A DNA stretch of 64,000 nucleotides from Laetmonice hystrix (Eukaryota), in NCBI GenBank assembly GCA_965235115.1, contig OZ249436.1, positions 20,400,001-20,464,000 on the forward strand. Direction: 5' to 3'. How positions within the stretch are numbered: position 1 is the first letter of the stretch; each line of letters opens with the position of its first letter. Positions 24,636-36,486 of the stretch are shown here, in pieces. The position numbers and the translations under genes were made by a program. The notes beneath the pieces are model-generated. The model had not been told where the DNA came from, made no database searches, and saw only the letters and a list, made by a program, of their open reading frames with translations.

Positions 24636-26490
24636 GGATCCATCCACCCACCTGTACGGTGAGTGGATCTATCCATCCACCTGTACGGTGAGTGGATACA
24701 TCCACCCACCTGCACGGTGAGTGGATACATCCACCCACCTGTACGGTGAGTGGATTCACCCACGCACCTGTATATGGTGAGTGGATACATCCACCCACCT
24801 GTACGGTGAGTGGATACACCCACCCACCTGTACGGTGAGTGGATACATCCACCCACCTGTACGGTGAGTGGATACATCCACCCACCTGTACGGTGAGTGG
24901 ATCTATCCATCCACCTGCACGGTGAGTGGATACATCCACCCACCTGTACGGTGAGTGGATACATCCACCCACCTGTACGGTGAGTGGATACACCCACCCA
25001 CCTGTACGGTGAGTGGATACATCCACCCACCTGTACGGTGAGTGGATACATCCACCCACCTGTACGGTGTGTGGATACATCCACCCACCTGTACGGTGAG
25101 TGGATACATCCACCCACCTGTACGGTGAGTGGATACATCCACCCACCTGTAAGGTGAGTGGATACATCCACCCACCTGCACGGTGAGTGGATACATCTAC
25201 CCACCTGCACGGTGAGTGGATACATCTACCCACCTGCACGGTGAGTGGATACATCCACCTGCACGGTGAGTGGATACATCTAACCACCTGCACGGTGAGT
25301 GGATACATCCACCCACCTGCACGGTGAGTGGATACATCCACCCACCTGTACGGTGAGTGGATACATCCACCCACCTGCACGGTGAGTGGATACATCTAAC
25401 CACCTGCACGGTGGGTGGATACATCTACCCACCTGCACGGTGAGTGGATACATCTAACCACCTGCACGGTGGGTGGATACATCCACCCACCTGCACGGTG
25501 AGTGGATACATCCACCCACCTGTACGGTGAGTGGATACACCCACCCACCTGTACGGTGAGTGGATACATCCACCCACCTGCACGGTGAGTGGATACATCC
25601 ACCCACCTGTACGGTGAGTGGATACATCCACCCACCTGTACGGTGAGTGGATACATCCACCCACCTGCACGGTGAGTGGATACATCCACCCACCTGTACG
25701 GTGAGTGGATTCACCCACGCACCTGTATATGGTGAGTGGATACATCCACCCACCTGTACGGTGAGTGGATACACCCACCCACCTGTACGGTGAGTGGATA
25801 CATCCACCCACCTGTACGGTGAGTGGATACATCCACCCACCTGTACGGTGAGTGGATCTATCCATCCACCTGCACGGTGAGTGGATACATCCACCCACCT
25901 GCACGGTGAGTGGATACATCCACCCACCTGTACGGTGAGTGGATACATCCACCCACCTGTACGGTGAGTGGATACACCCACCCACCTGTACGGTGAGTGG
26001 ATACATCCACCCACCTGTACGGTGAGTGGATACATCCACCCACCTGTACGGTGTGTGGATACATCCACCCACCTGTACGGTGAGTGGATACATCCACCCA
26101 CCTGTACGGTGAGTGGATACATCCACCCACCTGTAAGGTGAGTGGATACATCCACCCACCTGCACGGTGAGTGGATACATCTACCCACCTGCACGGTGAG
26201 TGGATACATCTACCCACCTGCACGGTGAGTGGATACATCCACCTGCACGGTGAGTGGATACATCTAACCACCTGCACGGTGAGTGGATACATCCACCCAC
26301 CTGCACGGTGAGTGGATACATCCACCCACCTGTACGGTGAGTGGATACATCCACCCACCTGCACGGTGAGTGGATACATCTAACCACCTGCACGGTGGGT
26401 GGATACATCTACCCACCTGCACGGTGAGTGGATACATCTAACCACCTGCACGGTGGGTGGATACATCCACCCACCTGCACGGTGAGTGGA
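24636..26490. repeat. 29-bp minisatellite, ~64 copies, with a ~0.96-0.98 kb higher-order duplication
   Basis: Unit GGTGAGTGGATACATCCACCCACCTGYAC. A rare variant TTCACCCACGCACC occurs at 24755 and 25710. Confidence 0.97.
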
Positions 26491-27374
26491 TTCTGCTATA
26501 TTATAACCTACAGGGGTGCCGCCTATATACAACTGACCAGCCGCGACGAGTGCCACAATATACCACCGTTTACCTTAAAGCCGACACCGGCCCAGGTGGG
26601 CTGTATGGGTTCGTGCCCGTCCCTCTGATTACCTGGACCGGAATGTTTGGATGCGGGGGGTGAAAGGTCAAGAATTCTTTCACACGCTATGTGCCTCGTC
26701 TAGTGATCGTTGAACGGTCACGGTGAGTGGTCAGCGAAGACAACCCCGTACGGAGGTGTGGCGTGGGGCGATGTGGGCTGCGGGGTGGGGCGGGGGGGGG
26801 TGAGAGGGGATGGGTTGGGCTATTTGAGAAAGAAGACTGCCCAAGCCGATAATAGAATGGATTGTTTACGGGGTCATTCCCATATACACCTGGAATTTAT
26901 CAACTTAACGTGTCTGTGTGCCGACAGTCATTACAGGCCAAAGTCGGAGACGTTCAATGTGCGTACAAAGTTCCCGGTACTGGCAATGGTTAGTGGGCGT
27001 GAGTTTGAGTATATTAATGGTGCGGTTTTTATCGTTTATTTAACAAGCAGTTTGGATAGATGGCTTGGTCAAAGTAAAATTCAGTGCCATAATGATATCT
27101 TAGAGAATGATGGACAAGCGTCTGGTGCAGGCATGATATCCATATCGCTTTTGATCAGCTGGGGAGAGGGGAGAGATATTGTAATTAAAAAACTAGTCCA
27201 CGGTATTAGTCGTGCTAGTTCTATACCTTGGTTTGTTCTGAGTAATTTTCTTGTAATCTCCACTGTTCATCAGTGTGACGATTCATTAGCATCAACATAA
27301 ACTTTTTTAAACTAGTCGTTGAGAGAATTCAAAACATTTAGACTGTAACATGCCTCGGTAGTCCCATAGTAATT

Positions 27375-29562
27375 GGGGGTTCCCAGAGGGGACATGTATT
27401 CAGGGTTCCCAGTGGGGACATGTAAATGGGGGTTCCCAATGGGGACATGTACTCGAGGTTCCCAGTGGGGACATGTACTCGGGGTTCCCGGTGGGGACAT
27501 GTACTCGGGGTTCCAACTGGGGACATGTACTCGAGGTTCCCAGTGGGGACATGTACTTGGGGTTCCCACTGGGGACATATACTCGGGGTTCCCAATGGGG
27601 ACATGCACTCGGGGTTCCCACTGGGGACATGTACTCGGGGTTCCCAGTGGGGACATGTACTTAGGGTTCCCAATGGGGACATGTACTCGGGGTTGCCAGT
27701 GGGGACATGTACTCAGGGTTGCCAGTGGGGACATGTACTCGGGGTTGCCAGTGGGGACATGTACTCGGGGTTGCCAGTGGGGACATGTACTCGGGGTTGC
27801 CAGTGGGGACATGTACTCAGGGTTGCCAGTGGGGACATGTACTCGGGGTTGCCAGTGGGGACATGTACTCGGGGTTGCCAGTGGGGACATGTACTCGGGG
27901 TTGCCAGTGGGGACATGTACTCGGGGTTGCCAGTGGGGACATGTACCCGAGGTTGCCAGTGGGGACATGTACTCGGGGTTGCCAGTGGGGACATGTACTC
28001 AGGGTTGCCAGTGGGGACATGTACTCGGGGTTGCCAGTGGGGACATGTACCCGAGGTTGCCAGTGGGGACATGTACTCGGGGTTGCCAGTGGGGACATGT
28101 ACTCAGGGTTGCCAGTGGGGACATGTACTCGGGGTTGCCAGTGGGGACATGTACTGGGGGTTCCCAGTAGGGACATGTACTCGGGGTTCCCAATGGGGAC
28201 ATGTACTCGGGGTTCCCAATGGGGACATGTACTCCAGGTTGCCAGTGGGGACATGTACTCGGGGTTGCCAGTGGGGACATGTACTCGGGGTTGCCAGTGG
28301 GGACATGTACTCGGGGTTGCCAGTGGGGACATGTACTCAGGGTTGCCAGTGGGGACATGTACTCGGGGTTGCCAGTGGGGACATGTACCCGAGGTTGCCA
28401 GTGGGGACATGTACTCGGGGTTGCCAGTGGGGACATGTACTCAGGGTTGCCAGTGGGGACATGTACTCGGGGTTGCCAGTGGGGACATGTACTCGGGGTT
28501 GCCAGCGGGGACATGTAAATGGGGGTTGCCAGTGGGGACATGTACTCGGGGTTCCCAATGGGGACATGTACTCGGGGTTCCCAATGGGGACATGTACTCG
28601 GGGTTCCCAATGGGGACATGTACTCAGGGTTGCCAGTGGGGACATGTACTCGGGGTTGCCAGTGGGGACATGTACTCGGGGTTGCCAGTGGGGACATGTA
28701 CTCGGGGTTGCCAGTGGGGACATGTACTCGGGGTTGCCAGCGGGGACATGTAAATGGGGGTTGCCAGTGGGGACATGTACTCGGGGTTCCCAATGGGGAC
28801 ATGTACTCGGGGTTCCCAATGGGGACATGTACTCGGGGTTCCCAATGGGGACATGTACTCAGGGTTGCCAGTGGGGACATGTACTCGGGGTTGCCAGTGG
28901 GGACATGTACTCGGGGTTGCCAGTGGGGACATGTACTCGGGGTTGCCAGTGGGGACATGTACTCGGGGTTGCCAGTGGGGGCATGTACCCGAAGTTGCCA
29001 GTGGGGACATGTACTCGGGGTTGCCAGTGGGGACATGTACTCAGGGTTGCCAGTGGGGACATGTACCCGAGGTTGCCAGTGGGGACATGTACCCGAGGTT
29101 GCCAGTGGGGACATGTACTCGGGGTTCCCAATGGGGACATGTACTCGGGGTTCCCAATGGGGACATGTACTCGGGGTTCCCAGTGGGGACATGTACTCGG
29201 GGTTGCCAGTGGGGACATGTACCCGAGGTTGCCAGTGGGGACATGTACTCGGGGTTCCCGGTGGGGACATGTACTCGGGGTTGCCAGTGGGGGCATGTAC
29301 TCGGGGTTCCCAATGGGGACATGTACTCGGGGTTCCCAGTAGGGACATGTACTCGGGGTTCCCAATGGGGACATGTACTCGGGGTTGCCAGTGGGGACAT
29401 GTACTCGGGGTTGCCAGTGGGGACATGTACTGGGGGTTCCCAGTAGGGACATGTACTCGGGGTTCCCACTGGGGACATGTACTCGGGGTTCCCGGTGGGG
29501 ACATGTACTCGGGGTTCCCAGTAGGGACATGTACTCGGGGTTCCCAATGAGGACATGTACTC
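27375..29562. repeat. 26-bp minisatellite, ~84 copies
   Basis: Unit GGGGACATGTACTCGGGGTT(G/C)CCA(G/A)T. A 235-bp internal duplication is marked by variant units at 28501 and 28736. Confidence 0.97.
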
Positions 29563-32201
29563 GCTAAGTGTAACATTGTCCTCTGTACCATTTATTTTAA
29601 AACACGGCTGCACGACGTATAGTGACTGGAATAATTATTTTGTCACACTGAGTTTTCCATTGTTGGAACTGTCCCATAAATTAGGGTAAAGTTATAAAAT
29701 CTGGGACGGCTACATATCGGTTAATAGAGGTCGTGGCTGGCTGGGGGAGTTTGGGGGTAAATTATTAGGTGACAAGGATTAGACTATCGCAGGCATGATT
29801 GTACCAGCGTCCATATTATCATGTCACTATTGTCTAAAAGAGAATCGGATCTGCTGGTAGCGGTGTATAAGTTTCGTTTATATGAGACCGCTATATCCTT
29901 ATCTTTATCATCCTCCCATATTATCATTAATATTCTTATCTACCAGTAGTTTAGACAATTGTGACACAGTGACCATTCCTGAACTTCCAATCCTGGGTAG
30001 GAAACTTCAAGTTACGCTATTAGTTTGATTGCCAGTAGTGGTCACTGATACAGGCAACACAACCACTATCCCGACTTGAAGTCGTTTCTTTTACGGCCAT
30101 TTATTGGAACAGAGCATCGTCTAGTTATAATGTCCAACAGTGTCGATTAAGAAGGGATCTCGCACAGATTTTGAGAACATTAATTATTTTTGAACCTGTT
30201 TTTGTTTTTCATCTGGTCGATGTTATACTGTAGGTGGTCAAGCAGCTAAAGCTGAGGGTTGCATCACTGACCCTGCTGTCCACTTTGACCTCGTCTGACC
30301 CCGAGGTGAACGGCAGCGTCCGTACATTTTCCCTGAGTGACCTGAGAGTGATCCGTGGGAGAGAGCTGTCAAGACCAGCAGCAGATCCTTGGACTGACCA
30401 CTGGTCAGATCGGTCGGGTCGTGTCGGGTCGTGTCACACACAGAGAGCTGCTGCCTCCAGGCTCGAGTTTCCCACTCAGATGTCACCAAAAGGTCTCTGG
30501 TGACGAATTGTATGAACAGTAGCCTATTAATATCATATGCCGTTTTCACCGGTACATGAATCTGGCAAATCATACATCTACTTTTCAATGCTAACTACAG
30601 CGGCAAGTCAATCACGACCCGGGGTTAAGTTGTTACTATTGAATGTGTTCAGATTGATCGTCTTCTCTGTTCTCAACAAAGGTGACAAGATATCACTTCA
30701 CTTGATTAACTAATGATTCAATATAATATTACGACATGAAGGTCTGAAGTTCATAATTGTGCTGTGCATTCATTAACAGCAAATTGATTTCGTAGCCGAA
30801 TTAGAATATAATTTGTACTTTCTCCATACGAAGCTGTCATGGCTAAATTAATAAATTCCATACGGTCTCGTCGTAAATGATGACCGGTTTGTGTGGAATA
30901 ATGAGACAGTGTCCTATATGACGTTGGGTGTAATACTCCTGCTATAGGCCGTCACATGACGTGATACGGGCACCCAAACATTCCCCTAGATTCGTGTACA
31001 TTGGGAGGCCATCAGTGGCCTTTATGTTTTTTGTGACGTCCAATAGATGGCGTTGTTAACATTCTTGCAGCGCTGCCCATGTTGAGCGGCGCGCTCTCCC
31101 CTCGCTGTAGTCTCTAGGGCTGGGTGCCAGGTGTCTATAGGGCAGGCGGTCGGGCGTTTGGAGTCGGCGGTGTAGTCTCTCAGGCAGCCATCCATTCAAT
31201 CCACCTTGCCGTTGATCTCTCGCCTACTGTTCCCTCTCACAGCAAGAATGGTGCTCACAGGATTGCTCAAACATCTGCATGATGACAGCCGCTGGCGGGC
31301 AGAGTCGCCAGCTGCGCCCGGTTAGATGTTGGTGATCTGACGGCGACGCCACTGCCGCCTGGGGTGCGGGGGGGGGGGGGTACGGGGGTACTGGGGTGAG
31401 AGGGTGGAGAAAGATCAGCGACTAACATCAGCCAGCCACCCTGATCAGGATCGCCAGGGCGGGTGTTTGGGGGGAGGGGGTACACTCTCGCCTGCGCTAT
31501 GCGGTTCCAATCTGGGTGTCATGTGTTTATTTCGATGCTGTACGGCTGTATCGTAGCCTATTTCACAGGGAATAGATCACCAAGGGTTGGTCGGCCTCAG
31601 TGCGGGGTGTAATTGTCACGCCCAGGGAATGATTCCATAAGTACATCTGCTGAGTGTCGTTCACTGACGGTTAATAGAAGCATGTGTCACGATCCGTTAT
31701 TTAATTAGCCTGGGGTACCGAACAGATGTTTTAATGAAGCTCCGTATCTCGGCGGCGGTACCAGCAGCCAGGCCAGCAGAGCGGCTCGACTTGACATGGG
31801 TGCGGGGTGACAAGTGGCAGACTCGACCCCGTTATCTGACAGGCGAGCTAGGCCCGCTCCGGTCTGTCACAGGCTTCGATAGGCTCGGCCAGGCCTTGTG
31901 ATAGCGCAGCCGCTCAGCATTTCTAATTCACACAAGCGAAAGTCAACAGTCGGCCACTATCAGGCGAAGCGGTTTGTAACCGTGCCAGAAACTGTGCTCT
32001 CAAGGAACATGTTTGGAATGCTTGGTGATGATGACAGAGATCAGGCGGAGACCACCCCCGTACAATATTGAGTGGCGACCACCCCTCGCTACACAGTGAG
32101 CATGGTCCTTCACCCGGCCATTCGATCACATATTGAGTTTACAGAAGAACATGTAAACCGCTTGTAGTGTAGACACCTGGTGCGCCTATTATTGTGGGCT
32201 C

Positions 32202-32208
32202 TATAAAA
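32202..32208 (+). promoter_or_regulatory. Possible TATA box ~0.7 kb upstream of the bHLH start codon
   Basis: CTATAAAAG precedes a GC-rich putative 5'UTR. Motif match only. Confidence 0.25.
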
Positions 32209-32918
32209 GTCGAATAAAAAAAGGCTCGCTACGTTAAGGCCTACCAATTTTCATATTCTAATCACTGTTAGCTGTTGGATGGAGCATGTGCGATATGCAA
32301 AGCGAGGACAGGGGACTGGCCGCCCGTCAGTCGTGGCTGATCGAAGGATGCGGCGGGTTGGAGTTGGTCACTTCCTTCAATGATAGCGGACATTGACTGG
32401 TGATTCCCACTGACCCGACACCCAGCACCTCTCCGGCGACTCGCTGACCCCTGAGCACTGGCAGTGGCGTATTCTTATGCCGCTTGAATGACTTTCTTGA
32501 AAGATATCCCTCTGAATGGGGAGTAGTCAATATATAACACGCATCTGAGGAATTCACTAACAGTTAACATCTGGCCACTGGCTGGTGGCGACGTGTGTGC
32601 GTGGAGTGTGCATGCAGTGTGAGTGGGGGTGCGTGCGTGCGTGCGGGAGGGTGTCGGCGCGGCGGTGGGTGGGCCAGGAGTCGGGAGGGTGTAGTCGTAG
32701 ACAGCCGTCGACTGGTGGCGGTGATCGCGGGGAGGAGGCAGTCGTGGCGGCGCGCGGCGTGCCCAGCTGGCAGGAGAAGCCGGGACAGGACGCCGGGTAG
32801 TTGTGAGGCAGCGTCTGACCAAGCCACACGTACAGGCGGACGGTGTGTGTGTGTGTGGAGGACAGCCGTTCACTGAGCCAAGGTCGGGCTGACTGACGGT
32901 GCATGGTGAGCAGTTACC

Positions 32919-33854
32919 ATGACAGGAGCCATGGAGGGGTCGTCCCCGGACAGCCCTGCCACCCGCCGGTCCCGGACCGACTCCGGTACGGGCGGTGACA
33001 ACACCTCCGACCCGTCCTCAACCCCCACCAGGCGCAACAAACGCAAAATGACGGCCCCCAAGCGGCGCACAGACTTCAGCATCAAGCGATTTTGTCCGGA
33101 GATCTCGGATTCTGTTTCGGACGTCGAGTTGGAGGAGTACGATGACATGGGACCACGAGAGTACGTACCGGACACCCCAACCCCGAGCACACCGTCCCCC
33201 GGCGGTACCTCATCCTCTCCTGATCCCGACGACAGGCTGGCCGCCGCTAGAGGGACACCACTCGCCACGCTTGGCAGGGCACGGGCCACTCCCCTGGGAC
33301 GACACCTGGGCACGGAGGGAAGTGCTGCCACGCCCTTCGGCATGGCACGTATGGACCTACTCGGGGTAAATACCCCGGGACCACACAGTGGTAACATGTT
33401 GCACGGACACACCCCTCATTTGACAGGACATAACCTGAGCTTAGGGCAAATTCCAGAGCACTGCCACCTTGGGGGCCTCCCCCTCCCCAGCCCACCTTCC
33501 CCGGCAGACTCCACATCCAGCATGGCTGATAGCTCTGGAGGGGGTAAGAAAACACGAAAAAATTACAAGAACATGACTCGTGAACGTCGTGTGGAGGCGA
33601 ACGCTCGCGAGCGGAGCCGAGTTCACACGATCTCGGCGGCGTTTGAGTCCCTGCGGCGAGCTGTGCCGTCCTACTCCTACAACCAGAAACTCTCCAAACT
33701 GGCCATCCTACGGATAGCATGTTCTTACATTCTCTCTCTGGCCCGACTTGCAGACCTTGACTATAGCTCTGGTGAGAACTACTCGTTCGCTGATTGCGTT
33801 GACATGTGCACGCGGGTGATACAGACAGAGGGCCGTGCCCGTCGCCGTCACTGA
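32919..33854 (+). CDS. ATOH8: Net/ATOH8 (Math6) family bHLH transcription factor, 311 aa, single uninterrupted ORF
   Basis: KNYKNMTRERRVEANARERSRVHTISAAFESLRRAVPSYSYNQKLSKLAILRIACSYILSLARLADLDYS...FADCVDMCTRVIQTEGRARRRH. The RVHTISAAF helix 1, the LADLDYS motif and the C-terminal C..C...Q.EGR tail are diagnostic of vertebrate ATOH8 and Drosophila Net. N-terminus is Pro/Ser-rich. An alternative start at 32931 has better Kozak context (GCCATGG). Confidence 0.96.
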   Translation: MTGAMEGSSPDSPATRRSRTDSGTGGDNTSDPSSTPTRRNKRKMTAPKRRTDFSIKRFCPEISDSVSDVELEEYDDMGPREYVPDTPTPSTPSPGGTSSSPDPDDRLAAARGTPLATLGRARATPLGRHLGTEGSAATPFGMARMDLLGVNTPGPHSGNMLHGHTPHLTGHNLSLGQIPEHCHLGGLPLPSPPSPADSTSSMADSSGGGKKTRKNYKNMTRERRVEANARERSRVHTISAAFESLRRAVPSYSYNQKLSKLAILRIACSYILSLARLADLDYSSGENYSFADCVDMCTRVIQTEGRARRRH

Positions 33855-34570
33855 GCCGTCCGCCCCGCCCCTGGCCCCCACATACCCCCACACAACCCCC
33901 GCCCTCACAGAGGTCAAGGGGTGGGGCGGCGGCAGCAGCAGCAGCAGCAGCCCTGCTGTGGCTCTCAGGAACAGGTGGGTTTACTTGTCTCTACTCTCCC
34001 AGATCTATGTTGTAGAAGGTGTACACCGGAAGGTGGCGACCCTTGATACACGAGTTGGTATTATGAGATGATACCATCTTGATTTCACGGTTCGCTGCGT
34101 CCCTTGTCATCTTCTTCATCGTCATGGTTACTAAATGGTTTAATCTGTTTTATCCTGTACAACATAACCTTTTAACATGGATAAATACACTTATCAATAG
34201 ATTAGTTCCGCCTCGTTGCATAGTGTAAAGAACGTTAACATGCATATAATTTTTATCAATATCTGTCAAAATACAAATGTAATAGTATTGCAATTTCTTA
34301 TAGCAATATAGATAGAACGCCATGCAGTATAGTATAGAGCTTGCTATGGTTAGTTACAGTTTAACCCCACATCAACCCATTATCAACCAGCTGATAATGT
34401 CAGCTCTACCCTGGAGCTTATCATCGCACATTCTGGTCTGTGGTTCAGGAAGAGTTAAAAAAAACTGCTCGTGAAATATATTATTTATATCAAACCATGC
34501 AGTCAGTGGTCAGCAGTGGACAGGACAACCCCAGAGGGTATGAAGTTTGTCGGACAGTCATCGTCTCACG

Positions 34571-35558
34571 AGTGTTTCTATACATAAGCATCCATGGCGT
34601 TTATAACTAGGACGAGTAACTGTCATAGTGTTTCTATACATGAGCATCCATGGCGTTTATAACTAGGACGAGTAACTGTCATAGTGTTTCTATACATGAG
34701 CATCCATGGCGTTTATAACTAGGACGAGTAACTGTCATAGTGTTTCTATACATGAGCATCCATGGCGTTTATAACTAGGACGAGTAACTGTCATAGTGTT
34801 TCTATACATGAGCATCCATGGCGTTTATAACTAGGACGAGTAACTGTCATAGTGTTTCTATACATGAGCATCCATGGCGTTTATATCTAGGACGAGTAAC
34901 TGTCATAGTGTTTCTATGAGTATCCATGGCATTTATAACTAGGACGAGTAACTGTCATAGTGTTTCTATACATGAGCGTCCATGGCGTTTATAACTAGGA
35001 CATGTAACTGTCATAGTGTTTCTATACATGAGCATCCATGGCGTTTATATCTAGGACGAGTAACTGTCATAGTGTTTCTATACATGAGTATCCATGGCGT
35101 TTATATCTAGGACGAGTAACTGTCATAGTGTTTCTATGAGCGTCCATGGCGTTTATAACTAGGACATGTAACTGTCATAGTGTTTCTATACATGAGCATC
35201 CATGGCGTTTATATCTAGGACGAGTAACTGTCATAGTGTTTCTATACATGAGTATCCATGGCGTTTATATCTAGGACGAGTAACTGTCATAGTGTTTCTA
35301 TACATGAGCATCCATGGCGTTTATAACTAGGACGAGTAACTGTCATAGTGTTTCTATGAGTATCCATGGCGTTTATAACTAGGACGAGTAACTGTCATTA
35401 TGTTTCTATACATGAGTATCCATGGCGTTTATATCTAGGACGAGTAACTGTCATAGTGTTTCTATGAGTATCCATGGCGTTTATAACTAGGACGAGTAAC
35501 TGTCATAGTGTTTCTATGAGCGTCCATGGTGTTTATAACTAGGACGAGTAACTGTCAT
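34571..35558. repeat. 56-bp minisatellite (with 52-bp deletion variants), ~18 copies
   Basis: Unit AGTGTTTCTATACATGAGCATCCATGGCGTTTATAACTAGGACGAGTAACTGTCAT; period measured 34571->34627. Confidence 0.97.
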
Positions 35559-36160
35559 TTTGCCTTTCAATCACGTATTCCAAACCTGCGTCCAATCCAA
35601 TTACAACACCACACTCAATTCGACTCAATCAATGGTGGTCGGCAGACGCGGTCGCTCCCGACGCCGCGAATCCATATTGTATAATTACAAGTCAATTCTA
35701 TCATAATTCAATTTTATCGGCGACGCGCACTTTGAGAGTGAATTCTGGCATCTGGCAGAGTTTGGCAATCGATTGAGAAGATGTTTCGGGAATAATGACA
35801 TGACTGGAGACTCGAGGAGCGGCGGCCGTTGGTTGGTTGTAGGCCCTAGAGTGGTCGGGTGGGTGGGACTGGGGGGTGACACGTACGGGCACTTGTCAGC
35901 GACAGACGTAAGCCACGAGTGCACCTGAATGATCTGTAAAAGAGCACCCCTGGGGGTTTGGGGGTACAGATTGTCAGGGGGTGCGATAAGGGGGTAAAAC
36001 GAGGGTGGGGAAGATAACTGAGAGTGAGAGTCACTGAGTGTCTTCAGCAAGGGCGTCTCACTAGTTGTGTTTCAATTCCGAGATTTAGACATTCCTCATA
36101 ATATGAAAGATTGTTCAACATTTTATTGTTCATCTGCTTTTGCTATTTTCACAGTTTTGC

Positions 36161-36341
36161 AGCCACACTCGCTGTTTCAAGTATGTACATACTGTATATG
36201 CAAGTATTATGATCGTACAAGCCACACTCGCTGTTTCAAGTATGTACATACTGTATACCCAAGTATTATGATCGTACAAGCCACACTCGCTGTTTCAAGT
36301 ATGTACATACTGTATACCCAAGTATTATGATCGTACAAGCA
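36161..36341. repeat. 59-bp tandem triplication
   Basis: AGCCACACTCGCTGTTTCAAGTATGTACATACTGTATA... at 36161, 36220 and 36279. Confidence 0.95.
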
Positions 36342-36486
36342 TGCATGGACATGCGACCCGCACGGAACCTGACCGGTCAGTATATCCTTGCCGAGTGGTC
36401 ATTGAAACCGTGTGGTTATATACTGCAGCACGCACGGCCAGGTGTTCGTTCACTTCACAGAGATGACAGGTGCTCATGTTGGATAC

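Noticed and set aside
24636..26490. CRISPR-like 29-bp palindromic repeats
   Set aside because: Units are head-to-tail with no unique spacers, there are no cas genes, and the context is eukaryotic.
32870..33891. Antisense ORFs of 180 and 214 aa over the bHLH gene
   Set aside because: Expected shadow ORFs of a GC-rich coding sequence; no recognisable motifs.
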